This document shows, piece after piece, positions 26,197 to 36,776 of a DNA stretch of 64,000 nt. Source of the stretch: Vitreimonas sp. GTDB taxonomy: Bacteria > Patescibacteriota > Microgenomatia > UBA1400 > PJMF01. Location: assembly GCA_035627515.1 (NCBI GenBank), contig DASPLQ010000012.1, forward strand, positions 135,269 through 199,268, given 5' to 3'. The notes below the pieces were generated by a model. That model worked only from the letters and a program-made list of their open reading frames with translations. It made no database searches and was not told the origin of the DNA. How positions within the stretch are numbered: position 1 is the stretch's first letter; each line of letters begins with the position of its first letter. The translations under genes and the position numbers were made by a program.

Positions 26197-28762
26197 AACT
26201 TTTTTTAGTAACTTCCTCTGCTAACGGCATGATTAAACTTACCGCCAATAATACACCAATCAACTGCCACTGCAAATTAGCCATCCCTACCCAGTGAGGA
26301 ATGACTTTCACTAATACAAACCAAGCAACGACCACACTGACCAGCGCCCAGTTCATCAGCCAATTACTCAACCAACCATACTCCAGCACTGAGCGAGTAA
26401 AACTCCGCGCCGTCAAACCACGCAAGGCTTTCTGAAAAATATATAACGTAAACGTACCAGTCTGAGCGATGACCAAGCCTTGTGGCAATAACCAATAAAA
26501 AACACCTGCTAACGCTAGTGTCGAAATCACACCTTGAATGGCAATTCCTCGTAAAATCTGCGGCGATAAGATTGAAGGATGTAACTCGTTAATTTTTTTG
26601 GCAATCAACTCTGGATCTTCAGGCTCAACGGCCATCGCCATCGCCGGTAAGGCATCAGTTAACAAATTGATCATCAAAATCATCACCGCTGTGAGCGGCA
26701 CCGGCCAATCGAATAAAACTGCCAGAAAAAACAAGCCCACCTGGCATGTATTACCAGAAAGTAAGTAATGTAAATACAGCTGAGTACGCAACTTTACAGT
26801 CCTGCCCACACTGACGGCTTTCAATAAAGCATCATACATGCCAGTAATCACCACATCAGCGATGTCCTTAGTCAAACCCGTCCCGTTATTCATGGCAATG
26901 CCAATATTAGCTTTCTTCAAGGCAGCGGCATCATTAATCCCGTCCCCTGCCATCGCCACTTGATACCCTTGCTGTTGATAAAAATCCACTAGTAAGACCT
27001 TATGTTCCGGCCGCACCCGAGCAAAAACCCGAGCAGCTTGCAACTTAGCTCGGTTATCACTCAAAGCAGTTTTAGTGAGAATTTGATCAAGCTCGGTGCC
27101 AGTTAAAACTTGAGCCTTAGAGCGGCGTGTAATAATCCCGGCTTGCTCGGCGATATAACGAGCAATAGCTGGATGATCACCCGTGATCATGATCGGCACG
27201 ATACCAGCCCGGTGGAAACCCGCTACCGTCTCTTTGACCGTAGGTCGCAAAGGATCCATCAGGGCAATTAACCCAACAAAGCATAAGCTACTCTCACCCA
27301 GATCGCGATTTTTTATGGCCCCGGGAGGTGTCGGCGTGCGCTCCGCCAACGCCAGAACTCGGAAACCCTGACCCGCTAGCTCCTCTGCCTTTTTCAACAT
27401 CGCCGTTTTTTCACGCTCAGTAAAGCTAGACACTGTCCGCTTCATTTCAGTGTCACAAAGGGGAATCAAGATATCCGGTGCGCCCTTGCTAAACAAGTGT
27501 AAATTTCCCTGGTGCTGCCGAATCACACTCATTCGCTTGGCATCACTGGTAAAGCGATGTTCCACTTTCCGACCTTCTAGTTCATAACTAAACCCATGTG
27601 ATTCAATGAAAGCCACTAAGGCTTGTTCTGTGGGGCCTTTGTTATTGTTACAAAAACGAATCACATCTATTAGTTCTTTATAGCCAGCTTGTTTTTTTAG
27701 TTTAGGATCAGCGACGTCAAATAAGGTATTATTGACCACCACTTTACAGACACGCATCACCCCTTCCGTGACCGTACCAGTCTTATCCGTGGCGACGTGC
27801 GTCACCGATCCCAACCCCTCAGCCGCCAACAATTTTTTGACAATGACCTTCTTACGGACCATCTCTGCCACCGCCAAAGCCAGTGCTGTAGTCATGACCG
27901 CACTCAAACCTTCCGGAATAAAGGCAATCGCCAGAGAGGTCGTCACCAATAGTGATTCAATCAATGGCTTGCCACGGTATAAATAGACCGCCAAAATAAT
28001 GGCTACGCTAACCATGGTAATAATTAATAAAAACCGACCTACTTTTTCGAGTTCCTTTTGCAAGGGAGTCAGCTCTTGTTCGGCTTGGTTGAGATAGGTA
28101 GCTATTTTGCCCACCTCGGTCTCAACTCCTGTTTTAACCACAATGGCTCGCGCCGAGCCTTGGACTACTACCGTCCCGGCAAATAATAAACTTTTTTGAT
28201 CACCAAGCGGCGCGGTTTTGGCAACAGGGGCAGTCTGTTTAGAGACGGGTAAAGATTCACCAGTCAGCGCGGCTTCATCGCTGAGCACTTCATCAGCTTC
28301 GATAACGCGTGCATCGGCGGCAATTAAATCGCCTTCCTGTAGCAATATGATGTCACCAGGCACTAAGGTATCACTGCTGACTTCGATAGCTTTGCCTTGC
28401 GAAAGAACGGTAGTGAACGGTGTTTGTAAGGACTTTAATTGCTCAAGTGATTTTTCAGATTGTTTCTCCAAAAAAATGCCAATGCCTGCCATCACCACCA
28501 CGATGCCATAGACGAGCCCAGCTTCTAACCAACTCCCCGTCACTGCTGAAACTGTGGCCGTGGCCAGCAATAACAATACAATCGGATTAGAAAATTGTTC
28601 TTTCAGACTGTCGAGTAAAGAACTGCCTTCGGGCTCTGGTAAGGCATTAGGTCCGTATTGGGTTAAACGGTGAGCTCGTTCCGTTGGAGTAAGGCCTTGG
28701 GAGGGTTTGGTGGCAAAAAGCTTGGTAACTTGCGCTATGGTGAGAGCATGAGGATGTGACAT
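26174..28762 (-). CDS. P-type cation-transporting ATPase (type II, Ca2+-like)
   Basis: TGES, IPEGL, DKTGT, KGAPD, TGD, GDGIND, INLLTD. Confidence 0.95.
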   Translation of the reverse strand: MSHPHALTIAQVTKLFATKPSQGLTPTERAHRLTQYGPNALPEPEGSSLLDSLKEQFSNPIVLLLLATATVSAVTGSWLEAGLVYGIVVVMAGIGIFLEKQSEKSLEQLKSLQTPFTTVLSQGKAIEVSSDTLVPGDIILLQEGDLIAADARVIEADEVLSDEAALTGESLPVSKQTAPVAKTAPLGDQKSLLFAGTVVVQGSARAIVVKTGVETEVGKIATYLNQAEQELTPLQKELEKVGRFLLIITMVSVAIILAVYLYRGKPLIESLLVTTSLAIAFIPEGLSAVMTTALALAVAEMVRKKVIVKKLLAAEGLGSVTHVATDKTGTVTEGVMRVCKVVVNNTLFDVADPKLKKQAGYKELIDVIRFCNNNKGPTEQALVAFIESHGFSYELEGRKVEHRFTSDAKRMSVIRQHQGNLHLFSKGAPDILIPLCDTEMKRTVSSFTEREKTAMLKKAEELAGQGFRVLALAERTPTPPGAIKNRDLGESSLCFVGLIALMDPLRPTVKETVAGFHRAGIVPIMITGDHPAIARYIAEQAGIITRRSKAQVLTGTELDQILTKTALSDNRAKLQAARVFARVRPEHKVLLVDFYQQQGYQVAMAGDGINDAAALKKANIGIAMNNGTGLTKDIADVVITGMYDALLKAVSVGRTVKLRTQLYLHYLLSGNTCQVGLFFLAVLFDWPVPLTAVMILMINLLTDALPAMAMAVEPEDPELIAKKINELHPSILSPQILRGIAIQGVISTLALAGVFYWLLPQGLVIAQTGTFTLYIFQKALRGLTARSFTRSVLEYGWLSNWLMNWALVSVVVAWFVLVKVIPHWVGMANLQWQLIGVLLAVSLIMPLAEEVTKKSYVITRTP

Positions 28763-28833
28763 GGCCGATTATGTCATACTTTTTTTTGCGCGGGAGGATC
28801 GTTTTTGGACCCAAAACCTGTTACTCTAGAAGG

Positions 28834-29862
28834 GTGAAGAAACCTGCCCCGTTTGCACAACAGCCTCGTGCTGCCACTTCCCCACCCCGGTGGCATTCCT
28901 ATGGGTTTTTATTGCTCAACACGTTGGTTTGGTCAGCAGCCTTTATTTTGGTAAAGCCAGCGTATGAAGTTACTACCCCTTTTCGCTTTTTGATGTACCG
29001 GTTTATTTTAGCGGTTGCTCTTTCTGTGCCACTCCTTTTGCATTACTGGCCACGAGTACGACCGAGCTTCAAAACTGTAGCCATCATTTGTGGACTAGAA
29101 ATCATCGGCACTACCTTCTCTTTGAGCCTTATTTATCTAGCCTTGAAATATTCAACCGTCATTGTCACTAACTTGCTCACTACACCTATGCCGATTTTTA
29201 TTACCTTAGCCAGTTTGTGGTTACTAAAAGAAAAAGAAGAACGACATGAATGGATAGGATTGAGTATTAGCTTTTTAGGGACACTGGGATTAGTGATTTA
29301 TCCCTTATTTCTAACCACTGCCAATCAACTCGCACACGCTTCCTTATTAGGAGCAGCTTTAGTGTTACTTCACATTATCTGTAATGCCATTTATTGGCCA
29401 TTTGCTAAATTACAGTATGCTGCCCTCCCTAAATTATTTGTCAGTACCATTAGTTTTTATGTGGGAGCACTCAGTTTTTTTCTCCTCAGCTGGGGTGAAA
29501 TGCAGTTTTCACTGCCATCTTTAATTGCGGCTGTCCACACTGATCTGGGGGCGCCGACTGTCTGGTATGCCAGTGTTTACATGGCACTTTTTGGCTCTAT
29601 TATTGGCTTGACGGCCTACATCAAAGGTCAAGATGGCATTGAAGCTTCCGAGGCCAGTTTATTTGCTTACTTGTCACCCTTAATTTCAATTCCTCTGGCA
29701 GTAATAGTATTAGGTGAAACGTTTCATACCTATCAACTCATTTCTCTGATAGTGATTTTGTGTGGCGTAGTCATCGCTGAACATCGGACGCGACAAAGGC
29801 GCCGAACAAGTACTCATCATCATCATTTAAAAAAGCCACACTTACCGAGGCGAAGACACTGA
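28834..29862 (+). CDS. DMT/EamA family transporter
   Basis: About 10 TM helices with EamA-like pattern; GTG start 28834 assumed. Confidence 0.85.
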   Translation: MKKPAPFAQQPRAATSPPRWHSYGFLLLNTLVWSAAFILVKPAYEVTTPFRFLMYRFILAVALSVPLLLHYWPRVRPSFKTVAIICGLEIIGTTFSLSLIYLALKYSTVIVTNLLTTPMPIFITLASLWLLKEKEERHEWIGLSISFLGTLGLVIYPLFLTTANQLAHASLLGAALVLLHIICNAIYWPFAKLQYAALPKLFVSTISFYVGALSFFLLSWGEMQFSLPSLIAAVHTDLGAPTVWYASVYMALFGSIIGLTAYIKGQDGIEASEASLFAYLSPLISIPLAVIVLGETFHTYQLISLIVILCGVVIAEHRTRQRRRTSTHHHHLKKPHLPRRRH

Positions 29863-31128
29863 TTCAGAAATAGTGTGAGGATGTGCTTCCAGCCATTTGC
29901 GATACGCCTCAGATTTGGCAGCTGCGACCAGGTTATTTCTGACTTTACCCAAAATTATCAATAACGCACCCATTAACATCAACCCCCCAGCCGCACCAGA
30001 AAACTCAGCTTGATGATTAAACTCAGGAAAATCCAACCACATGGGATGATCTTGACGTTGCTCGCTAATGACCTTCATTTCTCCAGTCGTGAGATCTAAC
30101 AACTGATCTTGATTGCCTACTCCTAGCGCTAAGTGCTGACCATCTGGACTCAGTTGAGCAGCGTGAATAAATGCATCGTCACTTAGCGTCGTAATGACTC
30201 GTTCGCCATCAGCAGAAAACTCGGTGATCACGATTTGTTGGCCTGGAAAATCACGAATAATCGCCACCACTTTACCATCCACGGCGTAAAAATCTTCGAG
30301 GAAAAAATCACCCCCAATCTCAGTTAATGATAATTCTTCCTGAGTAGCCAGGTTCTTTAACAGCAAGTGACCTAATCCATCCATTCGGTTGTAGATTTGC
30401 ATCACCACGGTCTCAGCATCGAGAATCTGGGCAGCACGAATCTCAAAATCAGTGCCATAATCGGTACTTAAAGTTTCATCTCCATTGCGCAAAAACAGCT
30501 TCGCTGGATTTTGGCCTTGGTGAAGCAACATCCCTTCTTTAATATCATAGGGATCACCAAACGCTTGCAAAAACTCGGGCTCAGCTAAAGAATACGAGCC
30601 TTCCACCTCTCCTAACCGATTTAAAATTATGAATTTTCGATCAGGCCCCGTGGTGATACCAATAATTTTATCTCTGACTATCCAGGTATTGACGGGGTTT
30701 ACTTGCCCGTTAAATGATTCAGTGGAAACTTGTTTTCCAGTCATGACGTCAACAATCATGTTGTCACCACTCTGAATGTTATTGGCTCCAATTAAGCCTT
30801 CAGGGTTACTAACGTGCCAACCTGTATTGGGACTAGAATAGTAATCAGTTCTTTTAAACGGCTCGTGAGGAGCCTGTGGATCCGTAAAAGTTGTACTGGT
30901 CTCGAAGCCACCTTGGGCAGCATTAAAGCTGGAAGTGTGATCTTGAGTGAGCATCACCAGGACGTCACCATTGGGTTGGTCAATACGCTGGAGGCTCATT
31001 CCCACCGCCGTAGCACCGAGAGCTCCACTCAAAATGCCGGCAAAGGTTAAGGGTAAAGCTTCAGCGTACTTAGCCGGAATGCGATAAATAACTGGTTCGA
31101 AGGTAGTTTTTTTAGCTTCTTGAGACAT
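29842..31128 (-). CDS. Membrane-anchored hypothetical protein, possible beta-propeller
   Basis: N- and C-terminal TM segments; LSPDGQHLA and LLDLTTGE are propeller-like. Confidence 0.65.
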   Translation of the reverse strand: MSQEAKKTTFEPVIYRIPAKYAEALPLTFAGILSGALGATAVGMSLQRIDQPNGDVLVMLTQDHTSSFNAAQGGFETSTTFTDPQAPHEPFKRTDYYSSPNTGWHVSNPEGLIGANNIQSGDNMIVDVMTGKQVSTESFNGQVNPVNTWIVRDKIIGITTGPDRKFIILNRLGEVEGSYSLAEPEFLQAFGDPYDIKEGMLLHQGQNPAKLFLRNGDETLSTDYGTDFEIRAAQILDAETVVMQIYNRMDGLGHLLLKNLATQEELSLTEIGGDFFLEDFYAVDGKVVAIIRDFPGQQIVITEFSADGERVITTLSDDAFIHAAQLSPDGQHLALGVGNQDQLLDLTTGEMKVISEQRQDHPMWLDFPEFNHQAEFSGAAGGLMLMGALLIILGKVRNNLVAAAKSEAYRKWLEAHPHTISESVSSPR

Positions 31129-31207
31129 AGTAAGCCATGATTATATATGTAATGAATGCGCATTATAACATGTGTCCTATAACTATAAAAATCGTGAGCG
31201 ACTCGAG

Positions 31208-32983
31208 TTACTTCACCGTCACACTTTTAGCCAAATTTCGCGGCTTGTCAGGATCAAGTCCCTTCTCTAGAGCCATGAAGTACGTTAAAAATTGGGACGG
31301 AATGACTGAGGTAACCGCGGCAAATTCCGCACTGTGCGGCACCTGGATCCAGGTTTCAAACAGTTCATTAGGCTCGGGGCTAATTCCAATCACGCGCGCT
31401 CCGCGCGCTTTGACTTCAGCCGCAGCAGATAGCATGTCAGCCTGCTCGTCATCATTAGTAATTAAACATACCACCGGTGTTCCTTTTTCAATCAACGCAA
31501 TCACCCCGTGTTTCAGTTCCCCACCACTAAACCCTTCGGCATGGATATAACTGATTTCTTTCATCTTTAGCGCAAACTCTAACGCTGGATAGTACAACTG
31601 TCCTCGGCCCAAAATAAACAAGTGTTGGTGCGTTACTAGCTGTATGGCGAGTGTATGAAGCAACGGCATCACTTCTTCAGTCTGTAACCAACTGGAAAGT
31701 TGTTCAGCAAACTCAGCGATCAGCGTTTTGGCTTCAGCCACTGAGCGACCGGCCACGACGTGAGCTAAAGCTGCTCCCCACACCATTTGGCCTGTTAAAG
31801 CTTTGGTGCTGGCCACACCCACTTCCGGCCCCACTTGCAACATACACGGCACATCTGACAACGCTGTGAGCGTGGAGCCACTCATATTGACCAAGCTCGC
31901 AATCGTCACACCTTGTTCTTTCATCCACTCGATGACTTCATTGGTATCAGCGGTTTCGCCACTTTGGCTAATCGCCAAGCATAAATCACCTGTGCCGGCA
32001 AAGCTGTGATACGACTTCGCTTCATATGACTTTAATTCAGTAGCCAACACACCCTGTTGTCGCAAATAAAAAGCTATTTGGCCCGCAGCAAAACTAGCAC
32101 TACCGGCGCCAACCGTGTAAACATGACGAGCTTGAATAATCTTGGCCGCCAAAGTCTCTAGTTGCGTTTCTTGACCGGTCAGAATCTGAGTGTAGGCTTG
32201 AGGTTGTTCATGGATTTCTTTCAGCATGAAGTGGTCATAGCCAGCTTTATCGAGTTTCATGCTTTCTACGTCGATAGCAACAAATGTTACTGGCTGTAAG
32301 GTATGGTCGCTTAACTCAGTCACCTCGGCCTTTTCCCCTTCAATACGAATAATTTGACCATTGTTAACTGAATAATACTGATTAGCCACTTCCGAAAGTG
32401 ACAAGACATCAGATGATAAAAATAAGTGCCCTTGTTCACTTTTTCCAACTATTAAAGGCGACCCAAAGCGAAACGCGTATACTACCCCAGTGGTGGTCAA
32501 AACGCCCACCGTACTGCGACCTGCCAGTTGGCTCAAGGCTTTTTTAATGATGTCTAAATTGAGTTCCTGTGCACCTGCTGTGCGACGCTCAGATTCAAGC
32601 AAATGAACAATGACCTCAGTATCAGTTTGACTAATAAACTCATATCCTTCAGCGATTAAAACTGCTTTTAATTCCTGATAATTTTCCACTACGCCATTCT
32701 GAACCAGCGCAAATGAACCATCACTCGCCAAATGCGGATGAGCATTGGTTTCAGTCACTCCGCCATGGGTTGCCCACCGAGTGTGACCCAGCGCAATCTC
32801 AGCACTTGGTAACTGAACACGGTCCACACCACCAATCTTGCCCGTATGCTTATCGATTTGAAGTTGCCCGTCTTTTAAAACTGAGACTCCCCAGGAGTCA
32901 TAGCCACGATACTCGAGTCGCTTTAAACCTTGTAAAACTTGTTGGCCAGCATCACTGCCTTGGGCCATAAAAATGCCACACAT
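31208..32983 (-). CDS. glmS: Glutamine--fructose-6-phosphate aminotransferase
   Basis: MCGIF, LEYRGYDS, GHTRWATHG, SQSGET, PRNLAKSVT. Confidence 0.99.
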   Translation of the reverse strand: MCGIFMAQGSDAGQQVLQGLKRLEYRGYDSWGVSVLKDGQLQIDKHTGKIGGVDRVQLPSAEIALGHTRWATHGGVTETNAHPHLASDGSFALVQNGVVENYQELKAVLIAEGYEFISQTDTEVIVHLLESERRTAGAQELNLDIIKKALSQLAGRSTVGVLTTTGVVYAFRFGSPLIVGKSEQGHLFLSSDVLSLSEVANQYYSVNNGQIIRIEGEKAEVTELSDHTLQPVTFVAIDVESMKLDKAGYDHFMLKEIHEQPQAYTQILTGQETQLETLAAKIIQARHVYTVGAGSASFAAGQIAFYLRQQGVLATELKSYEAKSYHSFAGTGDLCLAISQSGETADTNEVIEWMKEQGVTIASLVNMSGSTLTALSDVPCMLQVGPEVGVASTKALTGQMVWGAALAHVVAGRSVAEAKTLIAEFAEQLSSWLQTEEVMPLLHTLAIQLVTHQHLFILGRGQLYYPALEFALKMKEISYIHAEGFSGGELKHGVIALIEKGTPVVCLITNDDEQADMLSAAAEVKARGARVIGISPEPNELFETWIQVPHSAEFAAVTSVIPSQFLTYFMALEKGLDPDKPRNLAKSVTVK

Positions 32984-33034
32984 AAAAATCCTTTGTAGTT
33001 ACATTGTAATGAAAAAATCCGCGTCGAAAACACG

Positions 33035-33240
33035 GTCTTGGAAGTAAAGTTCGGTTTGGCCTAATCATTACTGATTAGATTTGTCGATCTTCTCAAATGG
33101 AGTACCAAGTTCTCCAGAGGGCTCCCGCAGATACTCCCTAAACCATTTTGGTTCAGAGGTCCGATCGTGACGTATAGCGCCACACCCTCTCCTCGTTTCC
33201 CGGTTTGAAGCTCCTGCTTAAAACTGGGCCACACGCTCAA
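33035..33240 (-). ncRNA. glmS ribozyme, variant
   Basis: AGCG cleavage context, P1, ACGAGG, P2 GAGGGU/GCCCUC, AUCG, P3 UGGAG/CUCCA, ACAAA-P4.1 (GUAA loop), P3.1 CUUGG/CCAAG; directly upstream of glmS. Confidence 0.82.
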
Positions 33241-33415
33241 AAAAATGGTTGCGCTGTTTACCTCCTTGGTAGTAATTATGTAGTTCTATCATATCATTTA
33301 GTGGTTAGTTCCTCATAAGTCCTGTTGAAATTTGACTCTGATCATATTACAAAATGTACATTCCTCAGGTTCGAATTTACATACGTAGCCGACCACGGTA
33401 TATACTACGCATAGG

Positions 33416-34063
33416 ATGTTAAAATTATTGGTACTCTTCAGCTTTTTAATCGCCCTGGGACTAGGCATAGCCACAGTCTTTGGCTGGCAAGCTGCCAAAT
33501 ATGCCTGGAGTTCTCATGTACCTTTTACGCCCACTACTCCCACGTTTCAATTAGTTCCTCCTGCTCACTCCTTAACCGCCCAACTCACCACCCTCACTGG
33601 TGAACCTCTCAAGGAACCCCGCGATACTACCGATAAACTGCCCGTCACCCTCAATGAAACGTTACTTGAAGGTGAAACACTTTTTACGGACGCAACTTCC
33701 AGCGCCACGGTGCATTTTCCGCAGTTTGCAACTATTGCTCTTGATGCCAACTCTCAAATAGTGCTCAGCGATGCTCAACCCGAGCATTTTCTGATTACCC
33801 ACCGCGACGGCCTCATCAAGTATCAAGCCCACCATCCTAGCCAAACGCTTTCGATTCGAGCTTCATCAGTATTAATTGCTCTCACTTCAGGTGAAGCCGC
33901 TCTTGCCATCGACCACACTCGTCGCACCGTCACACTTCAGCTCCTCACTGGCACCGCTAAGCTGGCCATTATTGGTGCCGATAATCAAACGCGAACGTGG
34001 AATATAAATGCGGGTCAAACAGCCGTAGTTAACACTGCGACTACCCAAGTCACACTCAACTAA
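33416..34063 (+). CDS. FecR-like domain membrane protein
   Basis: N-terminal TM; LLEGETLFTDATSSATV..ALDANSQI resembles the FecR fold pattern. Confidence 0.7.
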   Translation: MLKLLVLFSFLIALGLGIATVFGWQAAKYAWSSHVPFTPTTPTFQLVPPAHSLTAQLTTLTGEPLKEPRDTTDKLPVTLNETLLEGETLFTDATSSATVHFPQFATIALDANSQIVLSDAQPEHFLITHRDGLIKYQAHHPSQTLSIRASSVLIALTSGEAALAIDHTRRTVTLQLLTGTAKLAIIGADNQTRTWNINAGQTAVVNTATTQVTLN

Positions 34064-34068
34064 CTTTT

Positions 34069-35274
34069 TTACTCACTAAACCAGCCTCTGTTTTGGTACG
34101 TTGTTAACGGCTCTAACAACCCCTCACCTTCATACCCCAAAGCCCAGATCGCCACTCCACCCAAGCGATAACGATAAGCTAGATCGAGCTTATGACGAAT
34201 GGATTCTTGGTCGTCATAAAAAATTTGTTGCGTATATCCTTCCTGAGTCTCTGGCAAAAGTAAGTACGGCGACGAGCTGATAGCATCCATATTTTTGACA
34301 CAATGAACACAGGTTTTGAGTAACTCTGTGATGCGTTTGTGAGTGGCGGTTTTGCCACTACCAGGAATGACAGCGGCACCAGGTTGGCGTTCGATCGTTT
34401 CCCATTCATAGCCATAGATCGGCATACCCAGGATGACTTTTTCTGGCGGGACTGTGGCCAGTAAAGTTTGGACACTGCTTTCCACATCCAGCTCCCGCAC
34501 CTCACCTACCCCACCGAGGGGCGCCACCGGACCCGATACAAACGAGCCTCGATATGAGTAGTCATATGCCATCAGCACTATCCGATCTACATGAGTGCTG
34601 ATCGAGGCTACGTCTATCAAATGTGGCCGCACCAAAGAAATTGGCGTCACCTCAATAGTTAGCGTACCTAAACCGTGCTGATCAATTTCCTGATCCAGAG
34701 TTTTCACAAACTGCGTGAAAGCTACCTGGGCTGCTGGCGAAGCATCATTAAAACTTTCTAAATCGAGATTTAAATCTTGGAAACCGTGCTGCTTCATCAG
34801 CGGCGCCACTTCACTCATCAATCGGGTCGCGTGCGCTTCTGGCTGAGTTAGTAAGGCTTTAATAGCTTGTTCATCACTCAAGTGCAGCAACAAGCTCGTT
34901 TCTTGACCCTGATTTCGCGATCGTTGTAAAGCTTGGGCTACCGCCGGGCCCTTAAGTTTGTTCCAGCCTGGTTCACTCTCACTAGGCTTAGTAAATTGTT
35001 GCAAACTACCGTCGGGATTAATCACCAAGCCAAAGTACGTTAAGTTAGTTAGGTATGGCGTGTAATCTGTACTGCCATCACCGATCAACCAATAAGGATA
35101 AAAACCAATTACTTGCGGCTTATAAATACCCAGATACTGACGAGCGGGATGGCTGGCCGCCAACGAAGCTTCGTCGCGCAACCAGATTAATACTCTCCAG
35201 CCCCCCACTAGCCCCAAGCCTAATCCCAAACTAATCGCTAAAATCACTAACCATTTTATGTTCATAGCCTGCAT
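34069..35274 (-). CDS. Glycoside hydrolase family 18 protein
   Basis: [30 protein letters not shown]; N-terminal TM. Confidence 0.9.
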   Translation of the reverse strand: MQAMNIKWLVILAISLGLGLGLVGGWRVLIWLRDEASLAASHPARQYLGIYKPQVIGFYPYWLIGDGSTDYTPYLTNLTYFGLVINPDGSLQQFTKPSESEPGWNKLKGPAVAQALQRSRNQGQETSLLLHLSDEQAIKALLTQPEAHATRLMSEVAPLMKQHGFQDLNLDLESFNDASPAAQVAFTQFVKTLDQEIDQHGLGTLTIEVTPISLVRPHLIDVASISTHVDRIVLMAYDYSYRGSFVSGPVAPLGGVGEVRELDVESSVQTLLATVPPEKVILGMPIYGYEWETIERQPGAAVIPGSGKTATHKRITELLKTCVHCVKNMDAISSSPYLLLPETQEGYTQQIFYDDQESIRHKLDLAYRYRLGGVAIWALGYEGEGLLEPLTTYQNRGWFSE

Positions 35275-35364
35275 TGTAGCAAAACCGGGCGTGATTGTGA
35301 TATAATTTGCCCTCTTAGGAATAATTTTTTACATTTCTTCGTATTCAAGCGAGGAAAGGATCTC

Positions 35365-35709
35365 ATGAAATCAGGTATTCACCCTCAATGGTATCACGAT
35401 GCAGTAGTCACCTGCGCTTGCGGTAACACCTTCACTACTGGCTCTATTCTCCAAGCAGTTCAAATCGATATTTGCAACAAATGTCACCCTTTCTTTACCG
35501 GTGAAGTCCGCTTTGTGGACCGCCAAGGTCGGGTGGATCGCTTCATGCAAAAAATGCAAACCGCTCAACAAAAACAAGCTGCTGCCGTCCAAAAGAAAGG
35601 CAAAAACAAAAAAGCTGACGCACCTCAAGAAGATCCAAAATCTTATCAAGAAATTTTGCGCACTCAACAATCTAAGTTGCGCAAAGATAAAACTGCTCCT
35701 GCCGCTTAG
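35365..35709 (+). CDS. rpmE: 50S ribosomal protein L31 (Zn-binding type, C-terminal extension)
   Basis: [27 protein letters not shown]. Confidence 0.97.
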   Translation: MKSGIHPQWYHDAVVTCACGNTFTTGSILQAVQIDICNKCHPFFTGEVRFVDRQGRVDRFMQKMQTAQQKQAAAVQKKGKNKKADAPQEDPKSYQEILRTQQSKLRKDKTAPAA

Positions 35710-35768
35710 TAGTTTCAATCCCGTCGATTTCCTTCACCTGCCCTGGCAGTGTAAGATGGACGTGTCGT

Positions 35769-36758
35769 ATGTTTAATCCCTATCAAGCTCAAATTGATGA
35801 TTTAGCCCAAAAAATCGCTGATAATCAAGCTTTATTAACTGACCCTGAGCTTAAAGAGTTGGCTGAACTTGAAATGACCAGTCTCCAAGCTCAAAAGCAA
35901 CAGCTGGAAGAGCTGGCGGCAGATTTTGAAGGCGCGAGCACTAGTGATGACACCGCTTCGGTAGGGACTCTCACCAATTGTATCGTGGAAGTCCGCCAAG
36001 GCGCCGGTGGTGAAGAAGCTAAAATTTGGGCTGATGATTTATTACGCATGTACATGCGCTTCATTGAACGCTTAGGCCTTAAGTTCGAGATGATCGACGA
36101 TGGCGTGATAAAAGTGAAAGGCAAACTCACGAATCCTGAACTAATTGCCCAACTCACAGCCGTACCTGCCCCAGAAGCTGATGAAGCCCCCGTGGAACCG
36201 CCCACCCCTCCCGATGTGCTCTACCCCTACGATATTTTTAAATTTGAATCAGGTGTCCATCGTGTCCAACGCGTACCAGAAACCGAGGCTCAAGGCCGCA
36301 TTCACACCTCGACAGCCTCCGTTGCTGTCTTGCCAGAAGTGCCGGCTAAAGCTGTGGAAATTCGTGATGAAGAACTTGATTGGCAATTTATGCGTGCCGG
36401 CGGTGCTGGCGGTCAAAACGTCAATAAAGTGAACAGTGCCGTACGATTAACTCATAAACCCAGTGGCGTCGTCGTCTCTGCCCGATCGGAACGCAGCCAA
36501 GCCCAAAATCGCGAAATTGCCCTGGCTTTGTTGCGCTCACAACTCTGGGAAATTGAAGAAGAAAAACGTCTCAAAGACCTTGGTGAAGCTCGCAGTGCGA
36601 TCGGTCGCGCCCAACGTGCTGAAAAAATCCGCACCTACAACTACCCTCAAAACCGCGTCACAGACCACCGCGTCAATGAATCTTGGCATAACTTGCCCAC
36701 CATCATGGATGGTGCTTTGGAAGATGTGGTGGCCGGGGTGAAAGCCAAGCTGGTTTGA
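35769..36758 (+). CDS. prfA: Peptide chain release factor 1
   Basis: ESGVHRVQRVPETE (PxT motif), GGAGGQNVN, IRTYNYPQNRVTDHR. Confidence 0.96.
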   Translation: MFNPYQAQIDDLAQKIADNQALLTDPELKELAELEMTSLQAQKQQLEELAADFEGASTSDDTASVGTLTNCIVEVRQGAGGEEAKIWADDLLRMYMRFIERLGLKFEMIDDGVIKVKGKLTNPELIAQLTAVPAPEADEAPVEPPTPPDVLYPYDIFKFESGVHRVQRVPETEAQGRIHTSTASVAVLPEVPAKAVEIRDEELDWQFMRAGGAGGQNVNKVNSAVRLTHKPSGVVVSARSERSQAQNREIALALLRSQLWEIEEEKRLKDLGEARSAIGRAQRAEKIRTYNYPQNRVTDHRVNESWHNLPTIMDGALEDVVAGVKAKLV

Positions 36759-36776
36759 GATTTAAACTACCTTTAT

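Noticed and set aside
29800-29862. His-rich EamA tail as part of the His system
   Set aside because: The tail overlaps the convergent gene end and is not linked to the cluster; probably incidental
31137-31550. 137-aa plus-strand ORF and many similar short ORFs (e.g. 6828-7232, 16544-16966, 19218-19688, 23312-23803, 53253-53636)
   Set aside because: Antisense or alternate-frame shadows of well-supported genes
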